Shown here: in pieces, positions 24,762 through 32,000 of the stretch | Layout: each line of letters starts with the position of its first letter | Position numbering within the stretch: position 1 is the stretch's first letter | From: Candidatus Pacearchaeota archaeon | Lineage (GTDB): Archaea > Nanobdellota > Nanobdellia > Pacearchaeales > GW2011-AR1 | Assembly: GCA_019662115.1 (NCBI GenBank) | Contig: JAIFVW010000002.1 | Location: forward strand, 1 to 32,000 | Length of the DNA stretch: 32,000 nt | Direction: 5' to 3' | Notes under the pieces: model-generated | The model's database searches: none | What the model was told of the DNA's origin: nothing | What the model saw: the letters and a program-made list of their open reading frames with translations, nothing else | Translations under genes and position numbers: made by a program

Positions 24762-25294
24762 TCCCTGTGCGACTGTAAAGTAGCTTTACCGCCCTTGCCA
24801 TCACTGCTGCCCTTGGAGTTTCCCGCAGCAACTGCTATAATAAGACCAACAAGCAAGACTCCGCCTATAATGTAAGAAACATTATCATTTGTTGAGAAAG
24901 AAGAATACCATCCGAAGTTACTAAACGAGTTGTTTATGACTACAAGAGTGATAATGAAAGCAATAGCTCCAAGTCCCCAATAGTAATATTTTTTATGCTC
25001 TTCATAAATAAACAGCCCGAACAATATCAATACCGACAAAAGTACTGCTATTCCAACCCCTAATCTAGGGAATAATTCCTTCAGAAAATCTCCAAAATAA
25101 TTAAACTGTAAAGCCATGAGGGCAATTACAACAGCAATAATTGCGTGCACTCCTCTATTAGTTCCTATGATGTTAGTCGCAGAAAGAATGCCAAAAATAA
25201 CAGCAAACAAAAGCAAGAATGGAAGTACATAATCAAAAACTCCGAGAGTCTGCCACTGGTTTAGAATCGTTCCGATAGTAACGGTGAATATCAT
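24758..25294 (-). CDS. 4-TM membrane protein, paralog B
   Basis: 178 aa. VLPFLLLFAVIFGILSATNIIG. Gly/Ser/Lys tail. TATA-like box about 25 nt upstream. Confidence 0.6.
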   Translation of the reverse strand: MIFTVTIGTILNQWQTLGVFDYVLPFLLLFAVIFGILSATNIIGTNRGVHAIIAVVIALMALQFNYFGDFLKELFPRLGVGIAVLLSVLILFGLFIYEEHKKYYYWGLGAIAFIITLVVINNSFSNFGWYSSFSTNDNVSYIIGGVLLVGLIIAVAAGNSKGSSDGKGGKATLQSHRE

Positions 25295-25341
25295 AGCGGT
25301 CTAATCAAAGATTAATTTATATATGTTTCGTTAGGGTAACT

Positions 25342-25848
25342 TCAGCTTGACTTCTTTCCGCCGAATCCAATTACGATACCTACTGCTATAATGACAATAA
25401 GAATTAAAGTGACATTTGTGGCAATAGCTGAATTTCCTCCAACAAAAAGATCTCTGATATAGTTCCATCCACCGCTGAAAACAAGTACTGCAATTACAAC
25501 AGCGATTACAGCGATAATTCCTACAGTCATCTTAACTCTTTCATGTATCTTAAAGGTTCCAGGCTCGTAAAACATCCCCCACATTAAAAGAAATACCAAT
25601 CCCACCGTAAGTGCGACCGCTAAAAATGGAATAAGCTGCACTACAAGACCTACAGCCCATGCAAATGAGACAAAAATAAGTCCTACGACAAGAGAGACAA
25701 TAGCATCAAGCTGTCTTTTTCCATCCCCTAATATCTTAGACTTCTGAAGAACTGCAAAAACAAGCGTAAAGACAAGCAAGAATGGAAGTATAAGTTCAAC
25801 AAACAATGGCGACTGAAGAATAGTAGCGCCGCCATAATTAAATGCCAT
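25342..25848 (-). CDS. 4-TM membrane protein, paralog A
   Basis: 168 aa. ILPFLLVFTLVFAVLQKSKILGDGKR. TATA-like box (atttaaatatt) about 25 nt upstream. Confidence 0.6.
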   Translation of the reverse strand: MAFNYGGATILQSPLFVELILPFLLVFTLVFAVLQKSKILGDGKRQLDAIVSLVVGLIFVSFAWAVGLVVQLIPFLAVALTVGLVFLLMWGMFYEPGTFKIHERVKMTVGIIAVIAVVIAVLVFSGGWNYIRDLFVGGNSAIATNVTLILIVIIAVGIVIGFGGKKSS

Positions 25849-25882
25849 AACTAAAGTTTATTTCTAGAATATTTAAATCTTC

Positions 25883-26182
25883 TTACAACTGCTCTTCAGC
25901 ACTAGGAGAAATATCAACAGGAGCCATAGCGCCGTCTTCGCGCATAGGTAATGATCCCTTGTTTATGACAAAAACATCACCAATTGCTTTCACGAACTGG
26001 TGTGGAATAATAACACCTCGAGCTCCCCCGAACATTGCGACTGCTCCGCTTCCTACCTTGATTCTCCATCCCTCAACTTTATTATCGATCAAATTAACTT
26101 CTTCAACCTGTCCGAAATAATCTCCCTCAGATGTATAAACGTGTTTCCCTATTACTTCGCTGACCCTTTTTATTCTAAGCAT
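25883..26182 (-). CDS. PRC-barrel domain protein
   Basis: The ATG at 26182 gives MLRIKRVSEVIGKHVYTSEGDYFGQVEEVNLIDNKVEGWRIKVG. The track's GTG start at 26203 lies 1 nt downstream of the TATAAATA box (26207-26214). Confidence 0.65.
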   Translation of the reverse strand: MLRIKRVSEVIGKHVYTSEGDYFGQVEEVNLIDNKVEGWRIKVGSGAVAMFGGARGVIIPHQFVKAIGDVFVINKGSLPMREDGAMAPVDISPSAEEQL

Positions 26183-26297
26183 GATAAACGTTGCAAATAA
26201 CACTATTTATACTTTATGTTTTTCCATTATATACATAGCAAATATAGTTCTAGCTCAACGCCATAATGTTTATATAAATAAGATCTTCAAAAGAGTC

Positions 26298-26939
26298 ATG
26301 AAAGACTCTGAATTTGCACATATTATTGCTGCAGTTATTGTTCTTACGCTGGTAATAAGCCTTTCCTCCATCATTCACTCAGATTTTGCTTCAGTTCCTG
26401 AGTTCTTTTTGTTTGCAGTCATTATAATAGCAGTTTCTATTCTTGCAAAAAAAATAATGGCCTATACATTAGATTCAGACGTCGAGCATAGAGTATGGAT
26501 GATGGATAGATATGGGTGGAAACCCCATCAGCATTTTAAGAAAGAAGTTCCTTCAGGGATAATAGTTCCATTATTTCTTAGCATAATCACACTGGGCACA
26601 ATAAAATTCATGGGAATACTTACATATGAGGCAAGAGCCTTGAAAGTTAGGGCTGCAAAACGGTTCGGACCTTACAGTTACACTGAAATGACTGACTGGC
26701 ATAATGGATTGATAGGAGCAGCTGGAATTGTAGGCATTCTTTTGCTTGCGCTTATAACCTATCTTGTTCCCACAAATCTAGAGATGCTTGCAAAAATGGC
26801 CGTGTTTTATGCTCTTTCAAGTATGATTCCATTCTCGAAGCTTGACGGGACACAAATATTCTTCGGCTCAAGAGTACTCTGGACTGCTCTTGTAGTAATA
26901 ACCCTTATATTTACCACTTACGCCTTCCTTCTTGGATAA
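26298..26939 (+). CDS. M50/site-2-protease-like membrane protein with a degenerate HExxH
   Basis: Start at the ATG at 26298, with TTTATATAAA about 25 nt upstream. SEFAH occupies the place of HExxH. The C-terminal MIPFSKLDGTQIFFG matches the S2P NxxPxxxLDG motif. Confidence 0.45.
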   Translation: MKDSEFAHIIAAVIVLTLVISLSSIIHSDFASVPEFFLFAVIIIAVSILAKKIMAYTLDSDVEHRVWMMDRYGWKPHQHFKKEVPSGIIVPLFLSIITLGTIKFMGILTYEARALKVRAAKRFGPYSYTEMTDWHNGLIGAAGIVGILLLALITYLVPTNLEMLAKMAVFYALSSMIPFSKLDGTQIFFGSRVLWTALVVITLIFTTYAFLLG

Positions 26940-26973
26940 AAAGTAAAATAAACCCGTAAGGAGTACTATCTTC

Positions 26974-28494
26974 ATGTTGGATCCTAGAGACTATCAAAAA
27001 GCGATTCTAGAAACTGCGAAAGAAAGCAATACTCTAGTTGTACTTCCCACAGGACTGGGAAAAACACTTATTGCACTTATGCTTTCTATCGAGAGCATAA
27101 AGAGGCATCCAGGAAGCAAGGTTCTTTTTTTAGCGCCGACGAGGCCTTTAGTAGAGCAGCATTATAATTATTTCATAAAGAACCTTCCAGAGCTTTTTGC
27201 AGACATGCAGCTGTTTACAGGCTCCGTAAATGCAGACAAGAGAAAAAAGATATTTTTGACAGCAGAAATAATTTTCTCAACTCCTCAGTGCATAGCTAAT
27301 GATTTGCGTCACAGCCTATATGACATGAAAGAAGCCTGCCTTCTCATAATAGATGAAGCTCACCGATGTCTGAAGAACTACGATTACACCACGGTTGTTG
27401 ATTATTATAAAAGACAGGCACAACATCAAAGGATTCTAGGGCTTACAGCCTCTCCTGGATCTGACTCTGATAAAGTAAAGGAGATTTGCGCCCACTTGAA
27501 TATAGAGGAGATAGAAGTCAGGACCCGTGATTCAGAGGATGTAAAAGATTATCTGCAGGAAAGAGAGTTCCAAAAGGTAGAAGTTCCGTTCCCCCAAGAG
27601 TTCATAGAAATCCGTGTGCTACTAAAGAGAATATTCGATTCCAGAGTTGAACAGCTGAAATCAAGGAGTCTGCTGTTCGGCCCTGCAAACAAGATCACTC
27701 TTCTAAAACTTCAGCAGGCCCTGGCAAGAAGAATGTCTTCAGGTAATTATAATGCAATGATAGGAATGTCTTTGACTGCACAGGCAATAAAAGTATCACA
27801 TGCCATGGAATTGTTAGAAACTCAAACTCTTTCAGGACTTCATGATTACATGCGGAACCTAATAAAACAGGCAGAGGAAGGAAAGACTAAGGCTGTGAAG
27901 AATCTTGTGAAACTCCCCGAATTCAATGCCGCGCTTATATCTCTTACAGATCTTCTAACTAAAAAGATTGAGCATCCTAAGATAGAAGAAGCGTCAGTTC
28001 TAGTGGAAAATGAAATGAAAGAGAATGAGAAGGCAAAAATAATGATATTTACGCAATTTAGGGAAACTGCATCAACGCTTGTTAAGAGGCTTTCTCAGAT
28101 TCCTGGAACTAGGCCTGCAATGTTCATAGGTCAGGCAAAAAAAGCTGGAGTCGGCCTTTCACAAAAAGAGCAGAAGCAGGTTATTGAACAGTTTAAAGAG
28201 GGAGAGATAAATGTGCTGGTTGCAACATCAATAGGAGAGGAAGGACTTGATATTCCGGAAGTAAATGAAGTTATTTTCTACGAGCCAATCCCTTCAGCAA
28301 TAAGAAAAATTCAGAGAGCTGGAAGGACTGCTAGACTGGCTCCTGGAAAACTCATTATACTAATAACTAAGGATACCCGAGACGAGATACATCACAATGC
28401 CTCAACAGCAAGAGAGAAAAAGATGTATAGGACAATAGAGACAGTAAAAAGAGAAATTAAAAATAGGCCTAAAACACTTAAAGACTTCACATGA
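26974..28494 (+). CDS. Hef/FANCM-type SF2 helicase (helicase half only)
   Basis: RDYQ, LPTGLGKT, IIDEAHR, GLTASPG and QRAGRTAR are present, plus an inserted helical domain between the RecA lobes. Confidence 0.8.
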   Translation: MLDPRDYQKAILETAKESNTLVVLPTGLGKTLIALMLSIESIKRHPGSKVLFLAPTRPLVEQHYNYFIKNLPELFADMQLFTGSVNADKRKKIFLTAEIIFSTPQCIANDLRHSLYDMKEACLLIIDEAHRCLKNYDYTTVVDYYKRQAQHQRILGLTASPGSDSDKVKEICAHLNIEEIEVRTRDSEDVKDYLQEREFQKVEVPFPQEFIEIRVLLKRIFDSRVEQLKSRSLLFGPANKITLLKLQQALARRMSSGNYNAMIGMSLTAQAIKVSHAMELLETQTLSGLHDYMRNLIKQAEEGKTKAVKNLVKLPEFNAALISLTDLLTKKIEHPKIEEASVLVENEMKENEKAKIMIFTQFRETASTLVKRLSQIPGTRPAMFIGQAKKAGVGLSQKEQKQVIEQFKEGEINVLVATSIGEEGLDIPEVNEVIFYEPIPSAIRKIQRAGRTARLAPGKLIILITKDTRDEIHHNASTAREKKMYRTIETVKREIKNRPKTLKDFT

Positions 28495-29186
28495 CCTTCT
28501 TCGATATATTCTCTAACAAGAAACTAAAAGTATCTAAGAAAGCAGATATACTGGTGGACTATAGGGAGAAGAATTCTCTAGTGCCTTCCCATCTGGTCTC
28601 CCAGGGAATAAATGTGATTTTTCAGCAGCTTAATGTTGCAGACTATCTCTTTGGAAATATAGCTATAGAGAGAAAAACGATAAGTGACTTGAAATCTTCA
28701 ATAATCAGCAAGCGAATAAACTCTCAGCTTCTAGAGCTGAAGCAATATCCAAAGCCCCTGCTTCTTGTGGAGGGAATAGGCAACGAAGATCTTTACGAGG
28801 GGATAATAAATGAGAATGCATTAAGAGGATTTCTTTTGTCTGTAGCCCTGGAATATCAAGTTCCCATAATATTCACTCAAAGCGAGGAAGATTCAGCAAG
28901 ATATATCGCCATACTTGCTAAGAAGAAAGAGAACAAGCATCCTTCACTAAGAGCATCAAAGATCGCGCTTACAGAAGAGCAAAGGCTACAGTATATTCTA
29001 GAAGGATTTCCTAGAATTGGTCCAGTAGCTGCAAAAAAGCTTCTTGGAAAATTCAAGACAATAAAAAACGTCATGAATGCTTCTGAAGAGGAATTAAGAA
29101 AGATCCTCGGAAAGAATGAAGAAATCTTTTCCTATCTTCTCAATCATGAATTCTCATCTGAAGAAAATTCCTCTAGCACAGAATAA
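28491..29186 (+). CDS. ERCC4/XPF-type nuclease with C-terminal (HhH)2 (nuclease half of Hef)
   Basis: ILVDYREKNS, VADYLFGNIAIERKTISDL and LEGFPRIGPVAAKKLL are present. ATGA overlap with the helicase gene. Confidence 0.8.
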   Translation: MTFFDIFSNKKLKVSKKADILVDYREKNSLVPSHLVSQGINVIFQQLNVADYLFGNIAIERKTISDLKSSIISKRINSQLLELKQYPKPLLLVEGIGNEDLYEGIINENALRGFLLSVALEYQVPIIFTQSEEDSARYIAILAKKKENKHPSLRASKIALTEEQRLQYILEGFPRIGPVAAKKLLGKFKTIKNVMNASEEELRKILGKNEEIFSYLLNHEFSSEENSSSTE

Positions 29187-29689
29187 ACCGGTCCTAGGGG
29201 CTTCAAATCAGATCTCATGAGCTTGAATGATTTGCATTTGAATTCTAGCGGCTTAATATGGATGGAAGAAATAGAATCAGAAAATCCTTTTTTGTCCATT
29301 ACATATTTTATTCTTGCAATAGTAAGATGGCCCATGAATCTCTCTTCCTCAGGAAATATCCCTTTTAGCGCAATATCAATCTTTTTCTGTAATTCATACA
29401 ATGCTTTTCCCTGCACTTTTACCCAGACTATTCTTGGATTTCTATTGTAATTGAACAGCCCTATATCTCCAAGTTTCAATTGCATTTCATTAAATTTAAT
29501 TTCTCTTAATAATCCTCTAACTTTCTCAATCTTCTTCTCGTCTATTTCACCCAGAAACTTTAAAGTTAAATGTAGATTTTCCAATTCAGTTATCTTGCCG
29601 GTAAACTTCCTTTTCCCCAGAAGCTCTTGTGCAAGAGCTATTTCTTTTATAACTTCATCAGGAAAATCTATCGCAATAAAAACTCTCAT
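29144..29689 (-). CDS. thpR: RNA 2',3'-cyclic phosphodiesterase (2H family, ThpR/LigT)
   Basis: 181 aa. MRVFIAI plus two HxT motifs (HLTLKFLGE, GHLTIARIK). Confidence 0.8.
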   Translation of the reverse strand: MRVFIAIDFPDEVIKEIALAQELLGKRKFTGKITELENLHLTLKFLGEIDEKKIEKVRGLLREIKFNEMQLKLGDIGLFNYNRNPRIVWVKVQGKALYELQKKIDIALKGIFPEEERFMGHLTIARIKYVMDKKGFSDSISSIHIKPLEFKCKSFKLMRSDLKPLGPVYSVLEEFSSDENS

Positions 29690-29694
29690 CTAAT

Positions 29695-30126
29695 TTAGTT
29701 TTTAATACAATAATAGAAAGTAGCAGTTTTAGGAGATCCCTGATAATTAAGGTATCCTGGTGCAACAGCAACTACTATTCTATTGCTGCCATGACATTTT
29801 AAAAGCTTATTATTAGTCCCATCATCGCATGATGCCTCTCCCCATAGATACTTAGGATCATCCCTACTGCCTATACCTAGAGGCCCATCAGTTGCCGAAT
29901 CAACGCAAGGCAAAGCGCTACTCTTTTGATCAAGGCTTAGTGCATCTCCGAACGCCATCCCTCCACCAACAACAGTGCCCTGGACTTCATCCGCACTGTG
30001 GCCTAGCTTCGAAGGATTAGCAGGATTGGAATTAAAAGCATATACAGCAAAAACTCCCCCAAAAACTAAGAGCAACCCAATGATAAGAAGAGCATATCTC
30101 TTTTCAATCTTTACCTCAATCTTCAT
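29695..30126 (-). CDS. Signal-anchored secreted hypothetical protein
   Basis: 143 aa. N-terminal TM segment YALLIIGLLLVFGGVFAVYA. 4 Cys in the exported part. Confidence 0.5.
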   Translation of the reverse strand: MKIEVKIEKRYALLIIGLLLVFGGVFAVYAFNSNPANPSKLGHSADEVQGTVVGGGMAFGDALSLDQKSSALPCVDSATDGPLGIGSRDDPKYLWGEASCDDGTNNKLLKCHGSNRIVVAVAPGYLNYQGSPKTATFYYCIKN

Positions 30127-30160
30127 ACTCTTTGATAGTATTATTATTTATAAGCCTTTC

Positions 30161-31357
30161 CTAGTCCGGAACAATCGCAGCAGTACTGAAGCTCTTTATT
30201 TGTGAAACTCTCTTAACATCCTCAAGAGTCACTTTTTTTATTTTTTCCTCGTGAGTATAATAATCCTCGGCATTTCCTCTAAGTTCAGAGAATAATAGTT
30301 CATTCATCACCATTGAGCTTTCCTCACTTGATATCTTCCTTAAGCCTATCAACCTTTCCTTCGCCTCCTGAAGATTTTTCTGATTCATGGTCTTCCTTAC
30401 ATCGTTAAATTCTTCAATTATTATCTTCTTTACCTCAGATACTGCCTCCTTTGTTGTTCCAACATATATGCTGTAGTAAGAGTAGTTTTTTTCAGCATTG
30501 ATTGAGCTCTTTACAGCATAAGCCAGTCCCTTTTCCTCGCGTATTTTCAAAAACAGGCGTGATGACATGCCATTTGCAAGATATGCATCCAAGACTTCTA
30601 AAGCAGTGTGATCTTCAGAATTCGGCAATGGTGCATGGATGGCAAAGACAAAATGAGCCTGATCTATTCCAGGTCTTTTTTCCATGCTCTCGCCATTCTT
30701 AAGTTTTATAGGCTGTTGGGAGATCTTCTTTCCTCCCTTCTTGAAATTCTTTTCAAAGTACGAGCATATGGCCTCAAAATCAGCATTTCCTACAACCGTA
30801 ACAATATAATTCTCAGGCATGTATACTTTCTTAAAATAATCTGCGACAAAATCCCTGTCTAGGGCCTTTATAGTTTTCTCAGATCCGATTATTCCCTCTC
30901 CAAGAGGTTTGTCATAAAGATTCTGCTCAATCTTCTCGAAGACATAATGCTGTGGTGTATCATGATACATTTTTATTTCCTCAAGAATGACCTTCTTCTC
31001 TTTCTCAAATTTATCAGGTCTGAATTGTGAATTGATAAGCATGTCAGAGATTATATCAAGCCCTGCAAAAACATGCTCGCTTGGCATCTTGAACCAGAAC
31101 GAAGTCACTTCATTTGACGTGAATGCATTCAATATTCCGCCTTTCTTTTCAATTTCCCTAGATATGTCCTCGTGTGTTCTTGTTTTGGTGCCTGTGAAAA
31201 CCAGATGTTCGACAAAATGCGCAATTCCTTTGATAGGAGAAGTTTCGTAAGCTGCTCCAAACTTATTGCTAACGCTCAATGCAACAACAGGAAGATCTCT
31301 CTTTTCCATTATAACAGTTACTCCATTTGACAGTGTTTTCTTGAAGAACTTCATCAA
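30161..31357 (-). CDS. M16 (pitrilysin/insulinase) family zinc peptidase
   Basis: 398 aa. Inverted zinc motif HFVEH (HxxEH) near the N-terminus. Confidence 0.8.
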   Translation of the reverse strand: MMKFFKKTLSNGVTVIMEKRDLPVVALSVSNKFGAAYETSPIKGIAHFVEHLVFTGTKTRTHEDISREIEKKGGILNAFTSNEVTSFWFKMPSEHVFAGLDIISDMLINSQFRPDKFEKEKKVILEEIKMYHDTPQHYVFEKIEQNLYDKPLGEGIIGSEKTIKALDRDFVADYFKKVYMPENYIVTVVGNADFEAICSYFEKNFKKGGKKISQQPIKLKNGESMEKRPGIDQAHFVFAIHAPLPNSEDHTALEVLDAYLANGMSSRLFLKIREEKGLAYAVKSSINAEKNYSYYSIYVGTTKEAVSEVKKIIIEEFNDVRKTMNQKNLQEAKERLIGLRKISSEESSMVMNELLFSELRGNAEDYYTHEEKIKKVTLEDVKRVSQIKSFSTAAIVPD

Positions 31358-31402
31358 TGCTAAAAAAGGAAACTATTAATAAATGTTGTTATAGAGAATT
31401 GT

Positions 31403-32000
31403 ATGCCAATCAACGCAGGATATGAATATGTTGCCGCAGAGAAGAAGTATCTTCAGGCGCAGACACTAGAAGAGAAAATAACATGCCTGGAAGAAATGAT
31501 CAGGTCAGCTCCTAAGCACAAGGGAAGCGAAAATCTTCTTTCAGAGCTCAAGACTAGGTTAAAAAAATTCAGAGAGAAGCAGGAAAAGAACAAGAAGACT
31601 GGAAAGACGACAAAAAAAGGAGTAAAGAAGGAAGGATATCAGATTGCCCTTGTCGGCTTAACAAAATCAGGAAAGAGCTCTCTGCTTTCTAAGTTAACAA
31701 ACGCAAAACCTCTTATCACGCCTCATCCATTTACAACTAAAAGTCCTGAGATAGGAACGTTATATTACGAAGGAGTGAAAGTGCAGGTTGTTGATCTTCC
31801 TAGTATAGGATCAGAATACTTCGATCAGGGAGTCGTAAATACTGCAGATCTCCTTATTCTTGTCGTAGGAAACCTTGAAGAGTTAGAAAAAATAAAGCCC
31901 TATGTATCAAGAGCAGCAGGAAAAAATATAACTGCTGTAAATAAGGTGGATACCCTTAATCCAGAACAAAGAAGGAAGCTTGAGGCAACTTTGCGCAGTA
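31403..32000 (+). CDS. DRG/Obg-family GTPase (partial; runs off the window end)
   Basis: Open frame from the ATG at 31403 to the window end. ...IALVGLTKSGKSSLLSKLTNAKP...PFTTKSPEIGTL...VQVVDLPS...NKVD give G1-G4 motifs in DRG order. Confidence 0.7.
   Translation, partial: MPINAGYEYVAAEKKYLQAQTLEEKITCLEEMIRSAPKHKGSENLLSELKTRLKKFREKQEKNKKTGKTTKKGVKKEGYQIALVGLTKSGKSSLLSKLTNAKPLITPHPFTTKSPEIGTLYYEGVKVQVVDLPSIGSEYFDQGVVNTADLLILVVGNLEELEKIKPYVSRAAGKNITAVNKVDTLNPEQRRKLEATLRS

Noticed and set aside
1-32000. Scan for CRISPR arrays, rRNA genes, transposases, integrases and long direct or inverted repeats.
   Set aside because: I saw no regularly spaced repeats and no rRNA-like stretches. No ORF carries DDE, tyrosine-recombinase or serine-recombinase hallmarks. 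The only repetition I noticed is intragenic (the dockerin repeats) or promoter-type TTTATAAA boxes.

Overview
This is an AT-rich, very gene-dense archaeal chromosomal segment. Intergenic gaps are short, many gene pairs share 4-nt ATGA start/stop overlaps, and TTTATAAA-type TATA boxes sit about 22-30 nt upstream of many start codons. All homology calls come from reading the translated ORFs and recalling family motifs; no database search was possible.

Archaeal housekeeping genes fill both flanks:
- Translation: tRNA-Gln, tRNA-Arg, ribosomal proteins S3Ae, L44e, S15 and S27e, aIF2-alpha, a Nop10-like ORF, aEF-1beta, and a DRG-type GTPase.
- DNA metabolism: RecJ/GAN-like DHH phosphoesterase, family-4-like UDG, RadA, an RPA-like ssDNA-binding protein, and Hef split into separate helicase and ERCC4-nuclease genes.
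- Other: NDK, ThpR, and an M16 peptidase.

Shortened proteins, split genes and the compact layout suggest a small-genome DPANN-type archaeon. That placement is inference only.

The centre of the window (12655-23224) is a complete type IV filament (Epd/Tad-like, non-archaellum) locus. It holds an A24 prepilin peptidase, ten consecutive minus-strand genes, a FlaJ/TadC-like platform protein and a long FlaI/PilB-family ATPase. All ten gene products begin with a [KR][KR]G + hydrophobic class III signal peptide. Two of the ten are mini-ORFs missing from the ORF track.

Next to the locus, an uncharacterised module shares the ATPase promoter region: two coiled-coil proteins, three tandem paralogous 4-TM proteins and a PRC-barrel protein.

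Other notable items:
- An OGFOD1/Tpa1-like 2OG-oxygenase encoded as two coupled genes.
- A secreted FN3 protein with two dockerin modules.
- HIT-like and M50-like proteins that have lost catalytic residues.
- A convergent gene overlap built on an imperfect palindrome.

I found no CRISPR array, rRNA gene, transposase or integrase.
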